NCBI GenBank assembly: GCA_045530715.1
Contig: JAZSCR010000173.1
Span: 1-60,648, forward strand
Origin: Eubacteriales bacterium
Lineage (GTDB): Bacteria > Bacillota > Clostridia > Oscillospirales > UBA644
Length of the DNA stretch: 60,648 nucleotides
Direction: 5' to 3'
Part shown: positions 35,295-44,752 of the stretch, piece by piece
Layout: each line of letters starts with the position of its first letter
Position numbering within the stretch: position 1 is the stretch's first letter
Notes under the pieces: model-generated
Seen by the model: only the letters and a program-made list of their open reading frames with translations
Database searches by the model: none
Told to the model about the DNA's origin: nothing
Made by a program: the position numbers and the translations under genes

Positions 35295-37034
35295 TTAGGG
35301 CATCTTGTTTTTAATATAGGGCAAGGGGTCCATATATTCCTTTGTTTTGGGGTTATATACCGCAAAGTGGAGATGGTTACCTGTACTGTTACCCGTGCTT
35401 CCTACGTAGGCTATGGTCTGTCCCTGGTATACCTTAACGCCAACCTTTATGCCCTTTGCAATGCTGCTTGAGTGACCGTAGATGGTCCAGATTCCGTTGC
35501 CGTGGTCTATTTTTACGTAGTTTCCGAGACCTGCTTCGGAATATCCCTTTTCAACTACAGTTCCCGCATCAGCGGCGTATATGGGCGTGCCGTAGGCTGC
35601 TGCAAGGTCAAGACCTCTGTGGAAGTCAGACTTCCCTCGGAGGGTACGCCAGCCGAAGTTCGAACTTATTCTTCCAAAGCCGCTGGCCTTTAAGGGGAAG
35701 ATGAAGGTTCCCGAAGGAGCAATCTTCTTTGTTCCAACAAGGATCTGTTGTGAAACAGCATCCTTTGTTTTGGTCTTGCTCAGCTCGGTTCTTGATATTT
35801 CTATGCCGTTTACCGATCTTACCTCTGCGGTAACGGAGTAGCTTCCGTTACTACCCTTGTTTTTAACCTGGGTCTGGTTTTCGTAAAGGTCGTCAGTTTG
35901 TACGTATTTTGTGGTGTAAGGAATTACTTCGGTATAGGTAACCGTTCTTATGGTTTGTACCGTAAGCTGGAGTGACGGCTTGCCTACCTTAATAACGTCG
36001 CCCCTTGATACCGTGAGGTCAGGATCGCCGTTTATAAGCTTAAGAACGGGAACGCTGAGATTAAATTCCTCTGCAATAGAGGATATTGTGTCCCCTTTTT
36101 TAACGGTATACATCTGGTCTGTTGTGGGCTTTGTGAAAAGCTCAAGCAGGTCGTCGTAGTCCATTATGTAGTTCTTTGAATAGGTGTCTCTTAAAACTTC
36201 AATGTCGTTTACTATTTTGTAGGTCTCGCCCTCTTCTCCCGAAAGATAGTAGGATACCAGCTCGGATTCAAGCTTTGAAAATACTGTTTCCGATCTTGCG
36301 GAGGCTATCATTTGTCCGTCAAGAAAAAATCCGTAATATTGACCTATATAGTCGTCAACCACTTTCTGAATTGCCGAATAGACATCTTCGGGGTCGGAAA
36401 ATTCGTCGTTGGAGATTATCTCAAGGCCTATGGTAGAGGGGGTATCCATGGTGTATTCTTCACCGGTACGATGGACTACCGATTCCGCTAACTTTGTGGA
36501 TATCTCTTCGTAGGCACTGCTGCTTTCCAGGTATCCGATAGTTTCTGCGCCCATTTTTATGCTGATCGCAACCGAGTGGGTTGAAAGCCACCATACTGAA
36601 TATATCACTATGGCAACTCCGCATAAGGGGGTGACTATCGGCATTATTAAACGTAAAATTCCGTATATGGTAAGCCAGGCCACGCGCATAAAATTAAGTA
36701 CGTACTGCCAGACTTTGTACCCAAAATTTGCTCCTCTCGTTTTTGCCGCGGAAAGCTTAAGGTTCTTTCCGTTATAGGCAAAATCAGCGAATTTTGACAT
36801 CAGCTGCTTTATGGGGGAGGCAAGTCTTATCAGGCCTGTCCTTTTTAAGAATCTTCGGAAGGCTTTCTTTACTTTTGAGCGTCTTTTTCTTGCTTTGGGG
36901 CCGTCCTTGATGACCGTAGTCTTACGTACGACCGTATGCAGTTCTTCGGTGTTTTCAGAAAAGGAATGAGAGGGGGTATGTTTGTCAACCCGTACTCGCT
37001 CGGTGACCGTATCTATGTATACGTTACGAGGCAA
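35295..37034 (-). CDS. Membrane-anchored LysM-G5-M23 peptidoglycan endopeptidase
   Basis: Basic N-terminus and a TM helix, a LysM domain (YTVKKGDTISSIAEEFN), a G5-like segment, and M23 motifs HRGLDLAA and GNHLHFAV. The start is a TTG with an AGGAAG RBS. Confidence 0.85.
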   Translation of the reverse strand: MPRNVYIDTVTERVRVDKHTPSHSFSENTEELHTVVRKTTVIKDGPKARKRRSKVKKAFRRFLKRTGLIRLASPIKQLMSKFADFAYNGKNLKLSAAKTRGANFGYKVWQYVLNFMRVAWLTIYGILRLIMPIVTPLCGVAIVIYSVWWLSTHSVAISIKMGAETIGYLESSSAYEEISTKLAESVVHRTGEEYTMDTPSTIGLEIISNDEFSDPEDVYSAIQKVVDDYIGQYYGFFLDGQMIASARSETVFSKLESELVSYYLSGEEGETYKIVNDIEVLRDTYSKNYIMDYDDLLELFTKPTTDQMYTVKKGDTISSIAEEFNLSVPVLKLINGDPDLTVSRGDVIKVGKPSLQLTVQTIRTVTYTEVIPYTTKYVQTDDLYENQTQVKNKGSNGSYSVTAEVRSVNGIEISRTELSKTKTKDAVSQQILVGTKKIAPSGTFIFPLKASGFGRISSNFGWRTLRGKSDFHRGLDLAAAYGTPIYAADAGTVVEKGYSEAGLGNYVKIDHGNGIWTIYGHSSSIAKGIKVGVKVYQGQTIAYVGSTGNSTGNHLHFAVYNPKTKEYMDPLPYIKNKMP

Positions 37035-37119
37035 AAATATCTTCCTTTCCTTTGTTTTTTTGTGTGTTCCTTAGGTGCTTGGATAATAAAGGCGGCAAAG
37101 CACCATTATTCTATTCTAT

Positions 37120-37148
37120 ATTATACAATATTTTTTTCTATAATGCAA
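37120..37148 (-). promoter_or_regulatory. SigA-type promoter for the M23 peptidase gene
   Basis: On the minus strand: TTGCAT (37148-37143), a 17-nt spacer, then TATAAT (37125-37120). Confidence 0.55.
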
Positions 37149-37240
37149 GAGGAAAAAAGTATTTAATCTTTACAGTATGAAAATTTAACATAAAGTTCAG
37201 AGATTTTAACCCACATTATCCCTGTTTTTCCTTTATTTTC

Positions 37241-37277
37241 AATAAAAGAACCCGCAGATTACTCGGCGGGTTCTTTT
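37241..37277 (-). terminator. Rho-independent terminator after rsmI
   Basis: Stem gaacccgc / gcgggttc with a 10-nt loop, followed on the minus strand by cttttatt. Confidence 0.75.
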
Positions 37278-37279
37278 CT

Positions 37280-38116
37280 CTATTCGTCTTTAAATCTTTC
37301 GTATACGTCGTTTTTGCGGAGTCCAAATTTTTTTGCGGTTTCTTTTGCGGCTTCGCTCTTTGTTTTTCCCTGGGATATAAGGCTGTGGAAGATGCCGTCA
37401 ATGTCTTCATCCGTAACTTCGGGCTCACCTGATTCCTGCTTTCCCGCTACGATAAGAACAAATTCTCCTCTGGGAAGATTCTCTTCATAGTAGTCAATAG
37501 CCTTCCCCAGAGTTGTAAGAAGAACTTCTTCATATATTTTGGAGATTTCTCTGACTAAAGAAATCGGTCTGTCAATACCAAAGGTATCCGCTAAGGCTTT
37601 AAGGGTGGTTTTTAAATGATGGGGAGCCTCGTAAAATATCATTGTGCGGGGCTCGTCTTTCAGAGTAGACAGATGTTTGTCTCTACTGTTTTTAGCGGTG
37701 CTCAAAAAACCTTCAAAGGTGAATCTCTTTGTGGATATGCCGGACATGGCCAAAGCTGTAACTGCGGCGCAAGGGCCGGGAATTGCGCTTACTGTAAGGC
37801 CGTTCTGGTGACACTGCATAACAAGCTCTTCGCCGGGGTCGGATATGGCGGGCATTCCGGCATCGGTTATAAGGGCGCAGGTCTCGCCCTTGAGAAGACG
37901 GTCAATTATTATCTGGCCTCTTTCTGTTCGGTTATGTTCAAAATAGCTTATCATTGGCTTTTTTATATCAAAAAGCTTTAGCATTACGCCCGAATTACGA
38001 GTATCCTCTGCTGCGATAAAGTCAACCGAGCGGAGTATTTCCAGACATCGGGGCGACATATCGGAGAGGTTGCCTATGGGGGTGGGGACGCAGTAAAGAG
38101 ATATCTTGTTATCCAT
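37280..38116 (-). CDS. rsmI: 16S rRNA (cytidine1402-2'-O)-methyltransferase RsmI
   Basis: Tetrapyrrole-methylase fold pattern: LYCVPTPIGNLSD, AEDTR, SDAGMPAISDPG. Confidence 0.9.
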   Translation of the reverse strand: MDNKISLYCVPTPIGNLSDMSPRCLEILRSVDFIAAEDTRNSGVMLKLFDIKKPMISYFEHNRTERGQIIIDRLLKGETCALITDAGMPAISDPGEELVMQCHQNGLTVSAIPGPCAAVTALAMSGISTKRFTFEGFLSTAKNSRDKHLSTLKDEPRTMIFYEAPHHLKTTLKALADTFGIDRPISLVREISKIYEEVLLTTLGKAIDYYEENLPRGEFVLIVAGKQESGEPEVTDEDIDGIFHSLISQGKTKSEAAKETAKKFGLRKNDVYERFKDE

Positions 38117-38123
38117 GGCCTTA

Positions 38124-38870
38124 CTATCCTTTCAGATTTTTGTCAAAGCCGTATATTCGGCATAGCTCGGGCGTATATTTGCCGTTTTCGTCGGTTATAT
38201 AGAGAGGTTTGTGCATAATAAGCTCTTTGCCGCCGCCCTTTCGTCCCTCTATAAGTATGAGCTCCGGTTTTTTATCGGGACGGGAGATGACCGGCATAAG
38301 CTCTTTGGGCTCAATGGAGTTGTTTCTGAAGGCCTCAAAAATATCGGCCAATCTTTCGGGTTTGTGCACCATGCAAAGCCTTCCCCCGTGCTTTAGCAGG
38401 GTCTTTGCCGCCTTTACGGTATCTTCAAGAGTGCAGGAAAATTCCGATCTCGCACCTTTTTTACTTTCTTTGGGGGTAAGTCCTCTGTCTTCCTCAAAAT
38501 AAGGGGGATTGACCGAAACCAAGTCAAATGCGCCGTGGGGAAGTCGGGGGAGAGGGGGATTTTTCGGGTTTATTTCTTTTATGTCATGATTTACTGCAAA
38601 TACGGTGGTAAGGCCGTTTAGCAGGACAGACTTCTCAAACAGTTCGGTTTGATTTTTAAGTATTTCGACCCCAACTATTTCTTTATGGGGAGCCAAGGAA
38701 AGAAGAAGGGGAATTATTCCGTTACCCGAACAAAGGTCAGCGGCGGTGGTAAACCTTTTTCTTCTGCAAAACCAAGCCAAAAGAACGGCGTCCGTTCCAA
38801 ACTTAAAGCCGCCTTGATCCTGATACATTTTCAGTTCTCCCACGTGGAGATCTTCTATTGTTACAGACAC
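38124..38870 (-). CDS. SAM-dependent N6-adenine methyltransferase, tRNA1(Val) m6A37 YfiC/TrmN6-like
   Basis: NPPY motif (VNPPYFE) and a SAM-binding DLCSGNG motif. The start is a GTG with an AAGGAGGTGG RBS. Confidence 0.75.
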   Translation of the reverse strand: MSVTIEDLHVGELKMYQDQGGFKFGTDAVLLAWFCRRKRFTTAADLCSGNGIIPLLLSLAPHKEIVGVEILKNQTELFEKSVLLNGLTTVFAVNHDIKEINPKNPPLPRLPHGAFDLVSVNPPYFEEDRGLTPKESKKGARSEFSCTLEDTVKAAKTLLKHGGRLCMVHKPERLADIFEAFRNNSIEPKELMPVISRPDKKPELILIEGRKGGGKELIMHKPLYITDENGKYTPELCRIYGFDKNLKG

Positions 38871-38893
38871 GGATTTCCACCTCCTTTTCAGAG

Positions 38894-38924
38894 AAAAAGC
38901 CGCATACCCTGTATGCGGCTTTTT
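38894..38924 (-). terminator. Rho-independent terminator after the ferredoxin gene
   Basis: Stem agccgcatac / gtatgcggct with loop cct, flanked by A and T runs. Confidence 0.75.
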
Positions 38925-38954
38925 GTAACTTTAATTTCCGTTTGAAAAGACAGA

Positions 38955-39131
38955 TTAGTCTTTCTTTTCAGCGGCAGCGCCAACAGGACAAGCAGCAGCA
39001 CAAGCGCCACAGTCGATGCAGAGTTCGGGATTGATTACGAACTTGCCGTCGCCTTCGGTAATAGCTTCAACAGCACATTCGCCCTGGCAAGCGCCACAAG
39101 CGATGCATTCATCACTAATAATGTGAGCCAT
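38955..39131 (-). CDS. fdx: Clostridial-type 2x[4Fe-4S] ferredoxin (58 aa, below the ORF-track cutoff)
   Basis: My translation is MAHIISDECIACGACQGECAVEAITEGDGKFVINPELCIDCGACAAACPVGAAAEKKD. It contains two CxxCxxCxxxC(P) motifs. A GGAGGA RBS lies upstream. Confidence 0.85.
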   Translation of the reverse strand: MAHIISDECIACGACQGECAVEAITEGDGKFVINPELCIDCGACAAACPVGAAAEKKD

Positions 39132-39201
39132 AGTAAAATCCTCCTGTAAAATTATGTTAGGATTTCAGCCCTTGGCCAGAGCCTTGGGATGATACGATAA
39201 C

Positions 39202-39230
39202 ATTATAACACTCTATTATAGATATTGCAA
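39202..39230 (-). promoter_or_regulatory. SigA-type promoter for the ferredoxin gene
   Basis: On the minus strand: TTGCAA (39230-39225), a 17-nt spacer, then TATAAT (39207-39202). Confidence 0.55.
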
Positions 39231-39274
39231 GTCTTTTTGCAAAATTTTCAAATGATATTTGTGGAAAAATGATT

Positions 39275-40147
39275 TTATTCAACATCTTCCGCAGCTTTTT
39301 CTTCCATTTCATCCGTTTCTTTTCCGGAAGAGGAATTGTTGCGGCTTAATATTTTTACGTCTTCCATTTTGTAGGTCTTGGGTACGGTATCAGTACCTTC
39401 AAGTCTTACTCTGACAAATTCACCAACCACGTTTGATTCGGTTACTACGCCCTTACCGTCGGGAGTCATAACTGTATTGCCCGAACGGGGCATGGTTTTG
39501 TAAGCGTCTTCGTAAACTTCCTGTTCAAAATTAAGACAGCAGATGAGCTTTCCGCAAGCACCGGATATTTTCTGAGGGTTTGTTGAAAGGGACTGATCCT
39601 TTGCCATTTTTACCGAAACCGGAGCGAATTCACTGAGAAACTGGGCGCAGCATATCTTCCTACCGCAGATTCCCAAACCGCCCACGGCCTTGGTTTCGTC
39701 CCTTACGCCTATCTGCCGCAGCTCAATTCTGGTTCTGAATACGGCGGCCAAGTCTTTTACCAGCTCGCGGAAGTCGATTCTTCCTTCAGCCACGAAGCAG
39801 AATATGATCTTGTTGTTATCAAAGGTATATTCTACGTCTATGAGGGTCATTGCGAGATTATGTTTTTTAATTCTTTCCTCGCATATTTCAAAAGCCGCTT
39901 TCTCTTTTTCGGCATTCTGTTCTTCCTGTTTTATATCTGCGGGAGTAGCCACCCTGATAACGCTGGAGAGGGGCATAAACTTATCGTCCTCCTCCACCAT
40001 GCGGTTGGGAACCACTACGGTACCTATTTCAAGACCTCTTACCGTTTCCACGATAACTCTTTCGCTATAGGGCAGATTGAGTCCCTTGGGGTCAAAATAA
40101 TATATCTTTCCTGCTTTTTTAAAGCGTACGCCTACTACTTCTATCAA
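39275..40147 (-). CDS. ricT: PSP1-domain protein, YaaT/RicT-like stage 0 sporulation / RNase Y-maturation factor
   Basis: N-terminus VVGVRFKKAGKIYYFDP, a Cys-rich C-terminal region (CGRKICC...CGKLICCL), and a position downstream of holB. Confidence 0.85.
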   Translation of the reverse strand: MIEVVGVRFKKAGKIYYFDPKGLNLPYSERVIVETVRGLEIGTVVVPNRMVEEDDKFMPLSSVIRVATPADIKQEEQNAEKEKAAFEICEERIKKHNLAMTLIDVEYTFDNNKIIFCFVAEGRIDFRELVKDLAAVFRTRIELRQIGVRDETKAVGGLGICGRKICCAQFLSEFAPVSVKMAKDQSLSTNPQKISGACGKLICCLNFEQEVYEDAYKTMPRSGNTVMTPDGKGVVTESNVVGEFVRVRLEGTDTVPKTYKMEDVKILSRNNSSSGKETDEMEEKAAEDVE

Positions 40148-40186
40148 TTTTATATGCCTAACCTTTCCGTATTATTAACAGATAGC

Positions 40187-41038
40187 TTATATACCGTTTA
40201 TTTTGGCCGTCAGATAAGAAAGCCAAAGATTTATATTTACGTTTGCCGATGCTGTTCTGGAAATTACGTTGTCGGTCACTTCCTTAACCTCTACGGCTCT
40301 TTTTAGTTTTTGCTCGTTTCCGTTTATTGCGGCATCTTTTATTTCTCGGTTCATTATATCCGAAAGCTTTCTCAAAAAACGTCCGAAAGCTTCTCTTTTT
40401 TCTTCCTTTGATGCGCTTTCTGCTGCAGCCGCAGAAGTGAGCATTGTCTTAACGTCGTTTTGTAAAGCCGCTTTTGCGAAATCCTCTACCGCTTTATCTT
40501 CCGAATCTTCGGGAAGCGCTGTATAGTCTGTTCTCAGCGCCAAGCAACGGGATCTCAGCGTTTGCAGGAGAGATTCCGGGGACTGGGCCACAAATATAAA
40601 GGCATTTCCTGCTGGAGGCTCTTCTATGGCTTTTAGAAGAACGTTCTGTACTTGGGGCTTAAATTTATCAGCGTTATCAAAGAGAAAAACTCTGCATACG
40701 CCCTCCGTTGGAGAAAAGTACATTCCGTCAAGGAGAGTTCTTATTTCCTGGGTTGAAACGGTTCCGTCTACCCTTATTAGGTCGGAGTTGTTGCCCGTAA
40801 GAGTCTTTTTGCAGGAGCGACATACTCTGCAGGGTACCGGGGTTCCGTCGTTTGCAAGACTTTTGTCGCACAGAAAAGCTTCGGCTAATCTGTTGGCGAC
40901 GGTGTGTCTGCCCGAACCTTCCTCTCCGTATATGAGATAGGAGTGGAATCTGGTGTTTTTCAGTATTTCTTTTATGCCGTCGTTTCCCTGTAGGTCGCTT
41001 AAATCAACGGGCGGGAAATTTCTTTTTATATCCGACAC
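40187..41038 (-). CDS. holB: DNA polymerase III subunit delta'
   Basis: AAA+ clamp-loader pattern: HSYLIYGEEGSGRH, a Cys-rich zinc module CRVCRSC, and SRC (TLRSRC). GTG start. Confidence 0.8.
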   Translation of the reverse strand: MSDIKRNFPPVDLSDLQGNDGIKEILKNTRFHSYLIYGEEGSGRHTVANRLAEAFLCDKSLANDGTPVPCRVCRSCKKTLTGNNSDLIRVDGTVSTQEIRTLLDGMYFSPTEGVCRVFLFDNADKFKPQVQNVLLKAIEEPPAGNAFIFVAQSPESLLQTLRSRCLALRTDYTALPEDSEDKAVEDFAKAALQNDVKTMLTSAAAAESASKEEKREAFGRFLRKLSDIMNREIKDAAINGNEQKLKRAVEVKEVTDNVISRTASANVNINLWLSYLTAKINGI

Positions 41039-41080
41039 AGTTATCTTATTCCTCCATATCTCCGTTATGGGTGGTGTGAA

Positions 41081-42403
41081 TTATGCGATTACCTCTATAC
41101 ATTTTTTGTGTGTTGACAGTATTTTTGCCGCTTCTGCCGATATTTCCTCACCGCTTACGACGATAGCCATTCCGGGCGGGCAGGTTGCAAAGGTTTCTGC
41201 TGATACCCTTCCTGCCGACATTTCTGTAGATATATATTCCGTTGGGGAAAGGAGGGCTTCTTTGAGAGAGAGAACTCTTTTTGGAGGATTAGGCAGCTTT
41301 ACCTGTTTGTGGGGAATAGGAGCCTTTTTTTCAACGGATGCAAGGGCTGAATACAGTGCCTCCATATCCTCATCTGTGTTAAATGGAGAGAAAAGGGTTA
41401 CCAGGGCGCAATCTCTTGTCATCTCGGCAAAGATGCCTCTTTTTTCAATTAGTGCCGCTACTTCATTTCCATAGTATCCCATGGGGAAGGTGTCTATGCA
41501 AAGTCGGAGACTATCTCCCTTTTGATTGCGGAGTATCCCATAACCTAATGATTCTATTTTATCTGCTAATTCGACTACTTTAGTTGCCGTTTTGAGATAT
41601 TCTTCAGTATTTTCGGCAAGATGAGCTATGCCGAAGTCTACTGATGCCAATATGGGAAAGGACGGACTCGTTGAGCCGAACATGGCCATATGCTGCTTAA
41701 TTTTTTCTTTGGGTATATCTTTATTTGAACAAAGAACAGCTCCCCCCGTCATAACGGGAAGGGTCTTGTGGAGAGAGTTGATTGTAAAGTGGCTGTGTTT
41801 TTCTGCGTTTCTGTGTCCGTCATTTGGATACATGACAGACAGGTGGCTTCCGTGGGAATTATCGGTTATCAGGTCTGCTCCGTATTTGTCGCAAACCTCC
41901 CTGATTCCCTTTAAGTCGGCGCACACTCCGTAGTAGTTGGGAGAAGTTATAAAGACTGCAGAATAACCGCCTTTTTTAAGTTCCTCTTCGATTTGCGCGG
42001 GGGTGGCGGGCATGGAAAAGTCCATCTCTTGGTGGGGTGTTCCCCATACGAACCTGAGGTCAATATCCAAAAGGGAAGATGCGTTTATAGCGCTTATATG
42101 GCAGCTTCTTTCGGTAAGAACCTTTTTTCCTGCATAGAAGGAGAGGGCCGTTTGTATGCAGAGGGTGGCTCCGCCTGCTGAAAAGCAAGCATTTTTTACT
42201 CCGAAAGTTTCTGCAGCTTCTTTTTCTGCAGTAAGAATGGGGCCGACCGGGTGATAAAGCTCGTCCGTAACGGATATTTCGGTGGTGTCCGCAACGGCAG
42301 GGGATATGGTATCCTCACATCTGAATCTGTGTCCGGGAGTGTGGAAGCTTATATGCCCGCTTTGATTTTTAACGGCGTTGTAAAGGGTTTTTGTATTTTT
42401 CAT
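41081..42403 (-). CDS. Orn/Lys/Arg decarboxylase-family PLP enzyme (YaaO-like)
   Basis: A 440-aa ORF with the SLHKTLP PLP-lysine motif. Its position upstream of holB matches Bacillus yaaO. Confidence 0.8.
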   Translation of the reverse strand: MKNTKTLYNAVKNQSGHISFHTPGHRFRCEDTISPAVADTTEISVTDELYHPVGPILTAEKEAAETFGVKNACFSAGGATLCIQTALSFYAGKKVLTERSCHISAINASSLLDIDLRFVWGTPHQEMDFSMPATPAQIEEELKKGGYSAVFITSPNYYGVCADLKGIREVCDKYGADLITDNSHGSHLSVMYPNDGHRNAEKHSHFTINSLHKTLPVMTGGAVLCSNKDIPKEKIKQHMAMFGSTSPSFPILASVDFGIAHLAENTEEYLKTATKVVELADKIESLGYGILRNQKGDSLRLCIDTFPMGYYGNEVAALIEKRGIFAEMTRDCALVTLFSPFNTDEDMEALYSALASVEKKAPIPHKQVKLPNPPKRVLSLKEALLSPTEYISTEMSAGRVSAETFATCPPGMAIVVSGEEISAEAAKILSTHKKCIEVIA

Positions 42404-42407
42404 TATC

Positions 42408-42563
42408 TTACAACAGCCCCTTTATCATATCTATCAGTCGCATAATGGGATATGCGGAAAGAAAACCTAAAATGGGCGCAAGAATACAAGCGGCTACCGT
42501 CAGAGCCGTAACTACGGGGTTTCTTTCATCTCCGATAAGCACTTTTTTTCTGCGTCGTCCCAT
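42408..42563 (-). CDS. Hypothetical 51-aa single-pass membrane protein
   Basis: My translation is MGRRRKKVLIGDERNPVVTALTVAACILAPILGFLSAYPIMRLIDMIKGLL. The ATG abuts the rnfB TAA, GAGGA lies 7 nt upstream, and the stop is 4 nt before the decarboxylase ATG. Confidence 0.4.
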   Translation of the reverse strand: MGRRRKKVLIGDERNPVVTALTVAACILAPILGFLSAYPIMRLIDMIKGLL

Positions 42564-43418
42564 TTATTTTTCCTCGGCGGGCATGGGATCCTTAAGGGTA
42601 TCCCCGTCCTTTATTTGCTTTTTGCCCGACCATATTATTCTTCGGGGGCATTTTTCGGCGCAGGCGCCGCAATCTATACATTTATCGTAATCAATAACGG
42701 CAACCCCGTCGTCTACCGATATGGCGCCCGTGGGGCAGACCTTTACGCAAAGGGAGCATCCTATGCATCCCACCTTACAAAGGCTGCGAACTACGGTTCC
42801 CTTATCCTTTGAAGCACAGCCTACCCAAACGTCGGTATCAAAGGGTATGAGCTTGATAATTTTCTGGGGACAACTTTCAACGCAGACACCGCAGGCTCTG
42901 CATTTTTCATATTCCACTACAGCTACGCCGTTTTCTATTTTTATAGCGTTAAAGGCGCATTTTTTTACGCAGGTGCCAAGACCGATACAGCCGTACTGAC
43001 ACTCTTTGGGGCCGTTGCCCAGCTTTGCCACGGAAAGGCAGTCGGACAGACCTTGGTAAGCGTATTTTCTGTTTGCGAGAGTCCTTGTTCCGCTGCAAAG
43101 AACCTGAGCTCTCATTCTTATGGGTTTTTCGGGTGTTACACCCATAATATCTGCTATTTTCTCCGCAACGGAATCCCCTCCTACGGGGCATTTGCCGGTA
43201 GAGGCCTCTCCCGCAAGAATTTTATGAGCATATTCGTTACAGTCTGCGTATCCGCAACCTCCACAGTTTGCTCCGGGGAGAACGGCTGTTATTTCCTCTT
43301 CTCTTGAGTCTTTATCTACGGTAAAAGTCTTGCTTGCAAGGGCAAGAAGAAGGCCGAGGATAAGGCCTATTACCGCAACTATGAGAACGGGAAGAAGGAT
43401 ATTTACAAATATTTCCAT
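42564..43418 (-). CDS. rnfB: Rnf complex subunit B (polyferredoxin)
   Basis: N-terminal TM helix, a CGGCGYADC cluster and several CxxCxxCxxxCP motifs. Confidence 0.9.
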   Translation of the reverse strand: MEIFVNILLPVLIVAVIGLILGLLLALASKTFTVDKDSREEEITAVLPGANCGGCGYADCNEYAHKILAGEASTGKCPVGGDSVAEKIADIMGVTPEKPIRMRAQVLCSGTRTLANRKYAYQGLSDCLSVAKLGNGPKECQYGCIGLGTCVKKCAFNAIKIENGVAVVEYEKCRACGVCVESCPQKIIKLIPFDTDVWVGCASKDKGTVVRSLCKVGCIGCSLCVKVCPTGAISVDDGVAVIDYDKCIDCGACAEKCPRRIIWSGKKQIKDGDTLKDPMPAEEK

Positions 43419-43433
43419 ATATGATTCTCCGCC

Positions 43434-44018
43434 TTAAAAGGGTAGGTTAAGGCCCTGAAATCCCATAAAGGATATGCACATAAGGCCTGCTGCAATAAGT
43501 ACGATGGGGATACCTCTGAAGGGCTTGGGAATATCTGCGTATGCTATACGCTCTCTGACAAATGAGAGCATAACTATGGCAATAAGGAAGCCAACGCCCG
43601 AGGCAAAGCCGTAAACGATAGATTCAAGGAAATTGTATCCCTTTGTTACGTTCATGATTGCGGCTCCGAGAACGGCGCAGTTTGTGGTAATAAGGGGCAG
43701 ATAGATTCCCAAAGACTGATAAAGGGCAGGAGCCGTTTTTTGGAGGAACATTTCCACCAACTGTACGAGAGCCGCTATTACCAGTATGAAGATAATGGTC
43801 TGAAGATACTCTATGTTGAGGGGCTCAAGAAGGAGCTTCTGGATAAGCCATGTAAGGGCAGAGGATACGGTCATCGTAAATATGACCGCAATACCCATTC
43901 CCAGCGCTGTATCGGTCTTTTTGGATACGCCCACAAAGGGACATATTCCGAGAAACTTTACGAAAATGTAGTTCTCGATAAGAATTGCGTTAAGAGCAAT
44001 AAGTATTATGTTAAGCAT
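43434..44018 (-). CDS. rnfA: Rnf complex subunit A
   Basis: A 194-aa polytopic protein with NYIFVKFLGICPF and TTNCAVLG motifs. Confidence 0.9.
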   Translation of the reverse strand: MLNIILIALNAILIENYIFVKFLGICPFVGVSKKTDTALGMGIAVIFTMTVSSALTWLIQKLLLEPLNIEYLQTIIFILVIAALVQLVEMFLQKTAPALYQSLGIYLPLITTNCAVLGAAIMNVTKGYNFLESIVYGFASGVGFLIAIVMLSFVRERIAYADIPKPFRGIPIVLIAAGLMCISFMGFQGLNLPF

Positions 44019-44693
44019 TTATTTACCCTCCTTTTTTGAGAGCCCCAGCTTATCGGTAATAAACTGGAAGAGGGCAATAGTTCCGCCGAGAACGAGAAAT
44101 CCTCCCGCGGGAAGAACTATGAGCAGGGCGGGGGAGAATGTTTCGGGCATTATTTGCAGACCCAAAAGGGTACCGTTGCCTATGACTTCTCTTATGGCAC
44201 TGACTATAACCAGTGCTCCAGTATATCCTATGCCGTTTGCAAGGCCGTCAATGACAGCGGGCAGAATAGGATTCTTTGAAGCAAAGCTTTCTGCTCTGGC
44301 AAGAATTATACAGTTCACCACTATCAGAGGAACGAACACTCCGAGAGATTCAGAAAGCGAGGGGAAGAATGCCTTTGTTACCATATCGACAACGGTTACG
44401 AAGCCCGCGATTATTACGATATATGAGGCGATTCTTATTTTATCGGGGATAAACCCTCTGATAAGGGATATTACCAGGTTTGAAAACAGTAAAACGAATG
44501 TTACGGCAATCCCCATGCCCAGACCGTTCATTACCGAGGTGGTAATGGCCAACGCAGAGCACATACCTAGCGTTTGGGCAAGAATGGGGTTTTCGTATAT
44601 TATACCGTTAAGCAGTATACCCTTAAAATCCGTCTTGGGGGATTTTTTCTTGGGCATTTGCTCTTCTTGATCAATTACGGTCTTTTCGTCCAT
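44019..44693 (-). CDS. rnfE: Rnf complex subunit E
   Basis: A polytopic paralog of RnfA with NPILAQTLGMC and IVVNCIILARAE motifs. Confidence 0.9.
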   Translation of the reverse strand: MDEKTVIDQEEQMPKKKSPKTDFKGILLNGIIYENPILAQTLGMCSALAITTSVMNGLGMGIAVTFVLLFSNLVISLIRGFIPDKIRIASYIVIIAGFVTVVDMVTKAFFPSLSESLGVFVPLIVVNCIILARAESFASKNPILPAVIDGLANGIGYTGALVIVSAIREVIGNGTLLGLQIMPETFSPALLIVLPAGGFLVLGGTIALFQFITDKLGLSKKEGK

Positions 44694-44752
44694 GAAAAGT
44701 CTCTCTTTTCTCCGCAGTTTGGGGCGTATCTGCGGTAAGCCTTAAGTTTGTT

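Noticed and set aside
37035-37119. A possible c-di-AMP (ydaO-type) riboswitch in the leader of the LysM-M23 cell-wall hydrolase gene.
   Set aside because: The leader is only about 85 nt, with one simple hairpin (ggtgctt...aagcacc). It lacks the ~140-nt pseudo-symmetric architecture and the conserved ACGGGGA/CCCG-type segments.
37216-37428. A 70-aa minus-strand ORF from the track (MSPKLRMKTL...).
   Set aside because: It overlaps the 3' end of rsmI in another frame and runs through the rsmI terminator hairpin. It is a low-complexity, K/P-rich translation.
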